Positions 57,601 to 64,000 of a stretch of 64,000 bases of DNA are shown here, piece by piece. The translations under genes were made by a program, and so were the position numbers. The stretch covers positions 62,001 through 126,000 of IMG/VR virus record IMGVR_UViG_3300042340_000379, one strand, 5' to 3'. How positions within the stretch are numbered: position 1 is the stretch's first letter; each line of letters begins with the position of its first letter. The notes under the pieces are model-generated. The model had not been told where the DNA came from. It did not search any database and worked only from the letters and a program-made list of their open reading frames with translations.

Positions 57601-57954
57601 GTCGATGTGCATGGATGAGAGAGACCGGCATTTGCCCGCCCTTCTTCCGCATTCCAATACAAGTGATTGGTATTGATCGTGGTCTTTAGTCCAAGTAGAG
57701 CGATCTTGCTCTTTCCAGCTCTCAAGAATAGATTCTTCTTCTATTGTGAGCTCAACGCCGTAGAAAGCTTTTAGAATTGCCCACTGCCGAACGTTAGGAC
57801 TTATACCCCACTTCTCTTGGTCAATTTCTGTTTCAATAAACTCAACAATATTTTTAAGAGTACTAGAACTTGCAAACTGAGACGTAAGGTCAAAGGCTAA
57901 ATCTTTAAAAAGCTGATCTGGTTCAATCTCAATGTCGCTCGGTCGTTTAGGCAT
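54691..57954 (-). CDS. terL: Terminase large subunit with intein
   Basis: Walker A GRRAGK|T, Walker B LAMDE, nuclease HLDPS...D and SKDLADA. Confidence 0.9.
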   Translation of the reverse strand: MPKRPSDIEIEPDQLFKDLAFDLTSQFASSSTLKNIVEFIETEIDQEKWGISPNVRQWAILKAFYGVELTIEEESILESWKEQDRSTWTKDHDQYQSLVLECGRRAGKCRSLSSMHIDQSHGLVYGYELFSNYMPNTDSFVLLEDRLDKVVDLEPTSYLSSFSSKVAQPGEALPVEANGLYYKGVTATRKIKTAAGYKLEATPEHRIKVMTQDGTIQWKYFADLQVGDYACINRGNLCFPEQDLDISTYLPSEKEFAANANILDLPFTLDTQLGYLLGILTANGSWNLPNRVECHLYDADLEIYKAAYQAIFPEGNIRFKQTSDHGYQVCLNSVQARKFLDNLGWKTGSSVRGKITPWAIRRSSMSAVCSYLAGLFDGDGTVSQDGKTISLSTASIKLAEETQVMLLNLGIVSVITTKKVDGQGYYEVQVRGKKSILNFYWKIKLKTTRKQNRLETYVQNSLGKKDGGDTERIPYQQDWLKQLRASAPSNRGKQPGSHAYKSNDPELQKSLPKLENIRAGLRAIVGNSIKAGCKKHFSYYRLDDLILYSTKHGLDTQAIQHFQEIQSLNYFFDPIVLVEESRAECFDLSVPETNQYIANGFTNHNTMLSSVIIVYEFYRLCHLPEPQKHYGIASSTPISILVLATSAAQAKRTIFKQVIGMMRVCKYFERLIEQQLITVGQEEIKFEKKLLYIYSGNSQSSSQVGQSVILLAMDEVTRFKDIDGDSNALELWSNIGISGINFGADAKRLAISSAWYEGDAIQKLYQSSASDNTWLGFRLRTWDVNPIYNRENALIASEYNLDPRRAALECEGVRGVAEDAFFDQDEVTRAFRGSNKIFTTQSSDPDGLIRVSIEKIEPCNDYLSIVHLDPSVVTDSYGFAIGHAETISGDYQDPTLVVIDGLIAWRPDPTAAVSITNVQDIIFKIHSSRPISKISADHHNSWETLERFRMYGIKSESLYFSQKLQLEMYDNLRLLLHESRITFPSNSAFKNLLLDELTRLKLIKGRKIDHDSTGSKDLADAVAGVAWQLTGKNARFAVTPVVYSSQTSSETNSVSDRNQYLNEFRPKSYAAVAQDIEQQWNSIRDYG
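56140..57630 (-). mobile_element. 497-aa intein with LAGLIDADG homing endonuclease
   Basis: Starts with Cys (CRSLSS), block B ATPEH, LLGILTANG and LAGLFDGDG, ends HN followed by Thr. Confidence 0.92.
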
Positions 57955-57958
57955 AAAG

Positions 57959-58759
57959 TTAGATTGCGACTACATCTAGCTGATAGGAAAGCCTGACTAA
58001 GTTAATAGGGTTAAAAACCTGCAGATAAACCGCATCATCCTGCTCTACGCCAACAGCGCCAACAGAGTAAGTCTGTCTACCTACCTGAGTGAGCGTATTC
58101 ATTGGGGTGAGGTAAGAAAACTCTTCTCCATTACGAGCGAGCCGAAGTCCCGCCGATCGGTTGACAGAGTTAGTCTCCCACTGCGGTAGGATATGAAACT
58201 TTGTAACTCGAAACTTAAACGGAGCGCTGAGAAACAAAGGAAAAGATTGACTTGGAATTGATAGAGGAGGTTGGCCTAAAAGCGCCATCAAATCACTCAA
58301 ATTTTCAGGTGATAAAATTGACGGGTTACTAGTGCTGACTGGAACTGTGCCAGTAAATGAGTGGGTAAGCGCAGACTTTAGAGTATCAGGACGAATAAAT
58401 CCTGCCTGATCATCTAATCGAGTAAGTTGGTTGCTCCCCTCGGTACAAGAGACAAGCGGATATGTTACGTCATTAATTACTAAATCGCCAACACCGCTCG
58501 CGCTAGCCTGAGTAGTAATTTCGAGGTAGTTTTCTGTTATAGAAAGAACTGTAGGAGTATTTGAAACCCCGGTATAAGCAAGCACTTCCTCACCATCGAT
58601 ATAAAGAGCGGCTTCATCGCCAATCTCTATAGGCTCATAAAGAAAGTTGCTAAAAGCTGCATTGTCGTGGGTGTGACTGTTATATTTCTGAAAGGCTCTA
58701 CGAGTAGAGTCTCCTCCATACCCAGTGGTTGAAGAACCTAAAAAGACTTTTGGCTTCAT
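57959..58759 (-). CDS. Tail-fibre-associated structural protein
   Basis: N-terminal G.GGDS.R.AF.K.N motif typical of fibre proteins. Confidence 0.55.
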   Translation of the reverse strand: MKPKVFLGSSTTGYGGDSTRRAFQKYNSHTHDNAAFSNFLYEPIEIGDEAALYIDGEEVLAYTGVSNTPTVLSITENYLEITTQASASGVGDLVINDVTYPLVSCTEGSNQLTRLDDQAGFIRPDTLKSALTHSFTGTVPVSTSNPSILSPENLSDLMALLGQPPLSIPSQSFPLFLSAPFKFRVTKFHILPQWETNSVNRSAGLRLARNGEEFSYLTPMNTLTQVGRQTYSVGAVGVEQDDAVYLQVFNPINLVRLSYQLDVVAI

Positions 58760-58760
58760 A

Positions 58761-59195
58761 TTAAAATTCTCGAATGGTTAGGTCACCCGGCTTAAAGCTT
58801 TGAGGACTCTCTTTGCTAATGGCAAGACTAGTTTCTAAAGAAGACCAGTACATTAGATAGCCTTCTACTCGCTCTGTCCAAATAGCTATATGAGTTGCAA
58901 GCCACGAACTGGTGTCTGTGGGATACGGAAGAATGATCTCAAGAGTGTTATAAATCAAAGCGTGCTGAGTCTCTCCTGAAGATATAGTTGGAGGAACTTT
59001 TACCCAGCTTGGAATCTTTACTCGAGAGCCCAAAACTCGCAAAGTACCAATCTCAGCATCTTCTGCTAATGGAAAGCTAGAGCTAGCCGTATTTGATAGC
59101 AGCTCTAGCCACCAACAACAAGGAGTCTCTAAAGGCTGTTCCTTAAAAAGGTGGTCTAGGATTTTACTTTCTAGAGTGGCTGATTTTCCAGACAT
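58761..59195 (-). CDS. Tail structural protein
   Basis: S..LE..ILDHLF...THIAIW....G..MYW...F.PG.L pattern. Confidence 0.55.
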   Translation of the reverse strand: MSGKSATLESKILDHLFKEQPLETPCCWWLELLSNTASSSFPLAEDAEIGTLRVLGSRVKIPSWVKVPPTISSGETQHALIYNTLEIILPYPTDTSSWLATHIAIWTERVEGYLMYWSSLETSLAISKESPQSFKPGDLTIREF

Positions 59196-59578
59196 TAAAG
59201 AGGAGCCGTGTACGAAAAACTAAGAATCGCCAAACTCTGATTCTGAAGAATTAGAGCGTCTTCAGTTTCAATCTCCCAGTCTGCTCCAGAATCTGGGCCA
59301 CCCATAGTGCCTTTAAGAATCAGAATTGAAGTACCAGCTTCTAAAATTCGCCAAGCTACACCCTCTCCAGTAGCTAAAACAATTGTAGGAGCAATGGTTG
59401 TTGCCACAATAGTGCCGTTTGTCGGAGTATTAAAAGCTGGAGAACCTAGCGTAAACTCTGCCAGCTTTGTGCCAGTAAAATTTGTCGTGCCCCAAACTTG
59501 AAGAGCAGCTCCAGCAGAGCGGGTTCTAACTAATGAACAAATGTCGTTTCTAACAGTCGGCCCGAACAGAAAGGCCAT
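59195..59578 (-). CDS. Tail structural protein
   Basis: LAEFTLGSPAF...NG...ATG...WRI pattern. Confidence 0.55.
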   Translation of the reverse strand: MAFLFGPTVRNDICSLVRTRSAGAALQVWGTTNFTGTKLAEFTLGSPAFNTPTNGTIVATTIAPTIVLATGEGVAWRILEAGTSILILKGTMGGPDSGADWEIETEDALILQNQSLAILSFSYTAPL

Positions 59579-59636
59579 AGGAAAATATCTCTAGTTACTA
59601 ATTAGAGATTAGTAATTCCATATAGGGAGCTTGTAG

Positions 59637-61787
59637 TCAATCTGTCTCGACTGTTTGATAAGTGCAGATAGTCAGACTAATTCCATAAGGAATTAACCCT
59701 ACCACTTTTCTAAAAACAGGGGGGCTGCTAATTTTTACCTGGGCTGACAAATTGGAGAGGGGAAGAAGGGCAAACGGTGAGTCAGCTGTTATATCTAGAT
59801 GACTCTCAACAGTAAAGTCTGAAGAGGCATCTAAATAATAAGAGAACCCCGGTATAGGCCGAATAACATCTTGGGTCAGGTCACCTTCCCCATCAACTGC
59901 GCGAGTTAGCTCTTGGTAAAATAAATTGTTGACTTCGTTAGGTCGAATAGGATTAAATTGTTTCTCTGTGTAGTCTAAATTGTAATCAAAGTGGTCATAT
60001 AGAATTGGATAGTCCCAAACGTCAACATGCTTATAGCGCAAATTTAAATAAGCATCAGTCGTAGGTTCATCAGCAGATATAAGATCGCTAGCTAACTGGT
60101 CAGAACGGTCAGCCGACAAAAGCAGATGGTCTTCCTGGTAAAACTCAAAGTCTCGCAATCCCCAGTGGTCGGCCTTTTCTGAGAAATCTGTTAGCTTTTT
60201 ACTTCTAATAATCCAAGAAGACCAATATTGGTCTGAGCAAAATAGGGGCTTTTCAAAATAAGCTTGAAGATAGTGAGCTTGAAGGCGATCAACCCGATTA
60301 GCATTCTGGAGCATAAAGAGCTCTAGCGCGTAATCAAAGGCTGAAGCGGCAAACATTTTAAACAGAGCGTAGAGAATACCATAGTTGGTAGATTCCTCAG
60401 AAGGCCACATTCTACCAGTCGGCCACATGTAAACCGCCCACTGGTAAAGATAATCAGTAAATGCTTCAGCTTCATAAGCGTGAAGATAGAACGTAGGCTC
60501 TGAGCATAAGCTTAAAGTTGATTCAGACCATAAGCTTAAAGATTCCTCAGCCAGATTTGATGGGTTAGATATAGATATTTCCTCATGAAGAAGAGCCGCC
60601 CACCAAAATTGGGAGAGTTGATCGCATAAAATGTGAGATTCATGATAGGCCAAACTTTTGCTTGTATCCTGCCCATACATCTGAGCCCACAAAAAACGAG
60701 TGCTCTGTATTAAACTCTCAGATATCTCATCAGATACTTGAGAAGGCCCGTCTAGAGTCAGGAATATTCGGGCAGCTGTGGCGTGAATACTGCGCTCATA
60801 ACTAATAGAAAGGATTTCTCCTAGAGCAATAGAGGCCCAAAGAGTTGAGTACTCAGATGGAACCGGGTCGTAGATCCAAGCAGATAGCTTGTCAGTGCTG
60901 GCCTGGATTAGATTTCCTATCCCTTGTAAAATTGCTCGTAGTGAATCATAAACAGTAATGTCTATGCCAACCGCAGCAGGCCTGTTTCTAAAGTACTTAA
61001 TAACTTGAACTAGAGAGTAAGCTAGAAAACTATTCTGATAAACAGAGACTTCAGCATCATTTACTTTAAGGTCATACCTATAGAATTTTTTAGGAAAACC
61101 TAGTTTATAGGAAGGCTGAAGATTACCCGCTACTCTTTCAATTAAAGAAAACGATTCGGCCATCCGAACGATTGAGAGTAGCTGAGCTCCCATCAGCTCG
61201 TGGTCTTGTTCTGCCAGAGCGTATAGAAGACCATAGCCTAAAGCTTCAGGAGACGTTGTCCTATCTGACAAAGTTAGACTTGGAATAGGTTGATTAAAAA
61301 CCTCAGCAACTAACTCGTCATTTTGATAGAAAGAAACAAAGGTAACTCCATTTTCCGGCATAAACGGAGTTAGGTTTACATTCTCAGAATAGGAAAGCTC
61401 TCTTGGTGAGCGCAAAACAAATCGGTCAAAATCATTAGAAATTCGATGTTGATCATCAATTGGGTCTAGAGAATCTGCCGTGAGTCTTTCTTGTACGGTA
61501 CCAAATTGAGAGTAAGCTGGAATCTCGATTAGATTAGGGTTCTCGATTAATTCACTCCCTGAGGCAGAGACTGTTTCCTCAAGCTGATAGGTTGCCTCCT
61601 GAATTGTACTTATAGAAACTGGGTCATCAGCCGTTAGAACATCAGAACCATAAAAAGGCTTAGAGTACTCAGTTCTTGCTACATACCTAAAAGGAGATTC
61701 TGCTTCAACCTGAAGAGCCAAAGACCCAATAGATAGACTTACCTCAAGACTTCCTGAGTAAAGATGAGTAAAGTAAGGGCTAGTCAT
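59637..61787 (-). CDS. Putative baseplate wedge protein (P2 gpI/Mu gp48 position) with extra helical region
   Basis: Directly follows baseplate J; MWPTGRMWP resembles the gp48-type LP.G.AW motif. Confidence 0.45.
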   Translation of the reverse strand: MTSPYFTHLYSGSLEVSLSIGSLALQVEAESPFRYVARTEYSKPFYGSDVLTADDPVSISTIQEATYQLEETVSASGSELIENPNLIEIPAYSQFGTVQERLTADSLDPIDDQHRISNDFDRFVLRSPRELSYSENVNLTPFMPENGVTFVSFYQNDELVAEVFNQPIPSLTLSDRTTSPEALGYGLLYALAEQDHELMGAQLLSIVRMAESFSLIERVAGNLQPSYKLGFPKKFYRYDLKVNDAEVSVYQNSFLAYSLVQVIKYFRNRPAAVGIDITVYDSLRAILQGIGNLIQASTDKLSAWIYDPVPSEYSTLWASIALGEILSISYERSIHATAARIFLTLDGPSQVSDEISESLIQSTRFLWAQMYGQDTSKSLAYHESHILCDQLSQFWWAALLHEEISISNPSNLAEESLSLWSESTLSLCSEPTFYLHAYEAEAFTDYLYQWAVYMWPTGRMWPSEESTNYGILYALFKMFAASAFDYALELFMLQNANRVDRLQAHYLQAYFEKPLFCSDQYWSSWIIRSKKLTDFSEKADHWGLRDFEFYQEDHLLLSADRSDQLASDLISADEPTTDAYLNLRYKHVDVWDYPILYDHFDYNLDYTEKQFNPIRPNEVNNLFYQELTRAVDGEGDLTQDVIRPIPGFSYYLDASSDFTVESHLDITADSPFALLPLSNLSAQVKISSPPVFRKVVGLIPYGISLTICTYQTVETD

Positions 61788-62838
61788 AACAGATTGAGAT
61801 ATCCGATAGCTGCGGAAGTTGATCAGGTCTTAGTTGGATAGGGCGAGAAGGTTTATCCATCTGAACACTTGAGACATAGGAACTAATTAGAGATCTCAAT
61901 GCTTCAGGATGGACAACTTGCCCTGGTTCAAAAGAAGAGAAGTGCATTTCTAAAGCTTGACGAATATCTAAATCTGGTGTGGTATCTGAATAAGCTTCTA
62001 CCCTTACAGCAATTTCTATGGGGCGAAGACTCGCTCTTTCAAAAGACACTGCTACGCCTAAAGGAAGAAATGGCAAAACTCTCTGGCGGAGCTGATCTTG
62101 AAACTCATCTGTCAGTGGAGAGTCTAAATCAAGATAAACTCTAACAAAGCCAGGAGCTAGCGTTGTTACCCAAGCCCGATTAACTGGGAGATAAGAACTG
62201 ATAGCGCTTTCAAGCGTTGGCCCCTGCCCGTCCTTAAACTCAGCAATCCGTTGACGGAGGGCCACGTCTGTTTCTTGAATTGTCCCGCCTGAAAGATTTC
62301 CGCAGATAGACCCGTCAGAAGCTCTTTCATATCCAACAATCGCCTTTACTTGTAAGAGGCTAGGATTATTTGTCGCATTAAGGTAAAGGGGAGTCCCAGA
62401 GGCTAAATTTGCCTCAGCTCCCTCAGCCACACTTAAAACATCTACAGTTATGTCTAAAGTTGGAGTAACAGTAATCGGGCCTTCAACAGTGATGTACTGA
62501 AGCCCTCGATTAAGCTCTGTAAGAAGTGTGCCTCTAGGTACGATTAAAGAAACATTTGCGTCAGTAGAAAAAATAACAGTACCTCTAGCCAAAGTTCCAG
62601 GCTTTCGGTAGATATTAAATTGAGCCACCGCGTAGTCGTCAAGATATGAACCTGACATTTTAGCTGGGTCTAAATTGTCTAAAGTTTCTTGAAGACGGTT
62701 ATCTTGTTCTAGAGTAACTGAAGAGGCTGAACGGACTATTGCACTTAAAACAGACCCAGGGCTCAGATCATCGGCGGGAGAGTTCGCAATAGTTAGAGCG
62801 GCTATCATAGCCTGCTGAATTTCTTCTAGAGATCTCAT
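61780..62838 (-). CDS. Baseplate J-like protein
   Basis: PGSVL..I, G.YLD.......RKPGT.A.G.V.F, VP.GT, G...N, GG...ETD..LR.R. Confidence 0.88.
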   Translation of the reverse strand: MRSLEEIQQAMIAALTIANSPADDLSPGSVLSAIVRSASSVTLEQDNRLQETLDNLDPAKMSGSYLDDYAVAQFNIYRKPGTLARGTVIFSTDANVSLIVPRGTLLTELNRGLQYITVEGPITVTPTLDITVDVLSVAEGAEANLASGTPLYLNATNNPSLLQVKAIVGYERASDGSICGNLSGGTIQETDVALRQRIAEFKDGQGPTLESAISSYLPVNRAWVTTLAPGFVRVYLDLDSPLTDEFQDQLRQRVLPFLPLGVAVSFERASLRPIEIAVRVEAYSDTTPDLDIRQALEMHFSSFEPGQVVHPEALRSLISSYVSSVQMDKPSRPIQLRPDQLPQLSDISICYD

Positions 62839-63317
62839 AGCTGGTAATTAAGTAATTGAATAGCGTCCCGGCCTCGAATACGGTACTTAATCTCAAATGT
62901 AAGAGGGGAGTTCATAGAACCTTTATTCCCTGTCACATTCAAGATTTCAATCCGGCCATCTATCTCAGCCGCCTTTTTCAAGTAATTAATAATCTCATTT
63001 ACTAAAGCATCTGACTTTAACGAGGATAGCTTTGAGTAAGTCTTATTTTCAAGATTAGAATTAACAAGTCGGATGCCTGTATGAGCTCTATAGTACCGTT
63101 CATAACCTCCAGTCCCTGTGGATAGCCTCCGCATTAGAGAGGTAATAATTGACCGCGCTCCAGATGCTAAGGCAAGATCTCCTTCTGAAATACCTAACTC
63201 AAAGTTCTCGCTTTGGTAATCAATCGTAATGTCAGAGCCTAGCCAAGGCTCAACATCAGCTACCTTAAAGGGTCTCGGTGTGCCAGCAAGAGAAGTAGAG
63301 TTGCGATCGTAGAACAT
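62835..63317 (-). CDS. Baseplate wedge gp25/W-like protein
   Basis: GDLALASG...I...L.RRL.T..G, DGRI; upstream of J. Confidence 0.7.
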   Translation of the reverse strand: MFYDRNSTSLAGTPRPFKVADVEPWLGSDITIDYQSENFELGISEGDLALASGARSIITSLMRRLSTGTGGYERYYRAHTGIRLVNSNLENKTYSKLSSLKSDALVNEIINYLKKAAEIDGRIEILNVTGNKGSMNSPLTFEIKYRIRGRDAIQLLNYQL

Positions 63318-63854
63318 TTACGCCAAGTTTATAGCTGAAATAGCCGCGCCCATCTTACATTCTAAAGTTGATGTTGGACTGGGAACTGTCCAACATTTCT
63401 CAACTTGCTTTATAGGACTCTGATTCAAATACTGAGTAACCCTTAATCTGTACGTGCCTTCCGGAAAAGAACCTCGTACTTGAGCTTTACAGTAGCCAGG
63501 GTTTAGCTCATCATTGCCAGTTAAGATTAATCTAGAGCCATAGAAGAGTTGCCATCTGATTCCACCCTGGCGACTAGTAATGCATTGAGCGCAAAATTTA
63601 GACTCCTCGGTACCAACAAAAAATAACTGGGGAACCAAAATAGTAAATGACGGCTGGGCTAGTTTCCACCAGGTTAAAACTTTTCCAACTGAAACAGAAG
63701 AGGAGTTAGATAGTTTTACACCGTAAGTTGTGTCATTATAAGTTTGGGTAATAATTCCGAAGCTTGACTCAAATTGAACTCGTGCGCCAATAGCTAGCTT
63801 TCTAAAACTAGAAACGGTGGCGTAATCTTCTTCTTGACTTACAACAGTAATCAT
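63318..63854 (-). CDS. Hypothetical structural protein
   Basis: Abuts the gp25-like gene. Confidence 0.55.
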   Translation of the reverse strand: MITVVSQEEDYATVSSFRKLAIGARVQFESSFGIITQTYNDTTYGVKLSNSSSVSVGKVLTWWKLAQPSFTILVPQLFFVGTEESKFCAQCITSRQGGIRWQLFYGSRLILTGNDELNPGYCKAQVRGSFPEGTYRLRVTQYLNQSPIKQVEKCWTVPSPTSTLECKMGAAISAINLA

Positions 63855-64000
63855 AAAGTAGGTCTAGTTATAGATTGATCAGGCAAATTCTCATCTCGGT
63901 TATAAACCGGGGCGGTGATAGGAGAGGTTGAAATTCTTCCAGCAGGAGAGATACCGGCATAAGCTCCTGCTGTTCCCTGAGGTGGTGATACAACTTCTTG
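63851..64000 (-). CDS. 3' end of a gene running off the window
   Basis: Open frame QEVVSPPQG...TRPTL-TGA with ATGA coupling to the next gene. Confidence 0.5.
   Translation of the reverse strand, partial: QEVVSPPQGTAGAYAGISPAGRISTSPITAPVYNRDENLPDQSITRPTL

Noticed and set aside
1-64000. Genome-wide TGA recoding
   Set aside because: Many genes end in TGA with ATGA/GTGA coupling, and the long conserved genes read through in the standard code.

Overview
This window is part of a large, probably temperate, contractile-tailed (myovirus-like) phage of cyanobacteria. The host inference rests on nblA, cyanobacterial-type TnpB elements, the integrase/excisionase pair and an M15 peptidase. The + strand arm (1-34.3 kb) carries replication and nucleotide genes (clamp-loader-like pair, SF2 helicase, thyA, folA, primase, RuvC-like resolvase, RecB-like nuclease, HU-like protein, class II RNR with a PduO-type B12 adenosyltransferase). 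It also carries host-manipulation genes (PAS-GGDEF-EAL, MazG-like, NblA), three non-autonomous IS200/IS605 TnpB elements with reconstructable empty sites, an apparently intact attP-like site with integrase and excisionase, a DUF932 gene and one tRNA-Thr(UGU) with an unusual anticodon loop. The - strand arm (36.7-64 kb) is the virion module: baseplate gp25-like and J-like genes, an intein-containing terminase large subunit, a GC-mosaic tail-fibre-like gene and a 4401-aa protein. That giant protein has intact thermonuclease and DEDDh exonuclease domains plus long Gly/Ala-rich hydrophobic tracts, and is the strongest candidate for an undescribed system. All protein calls are by-eye motif recognition; no database searches were run.
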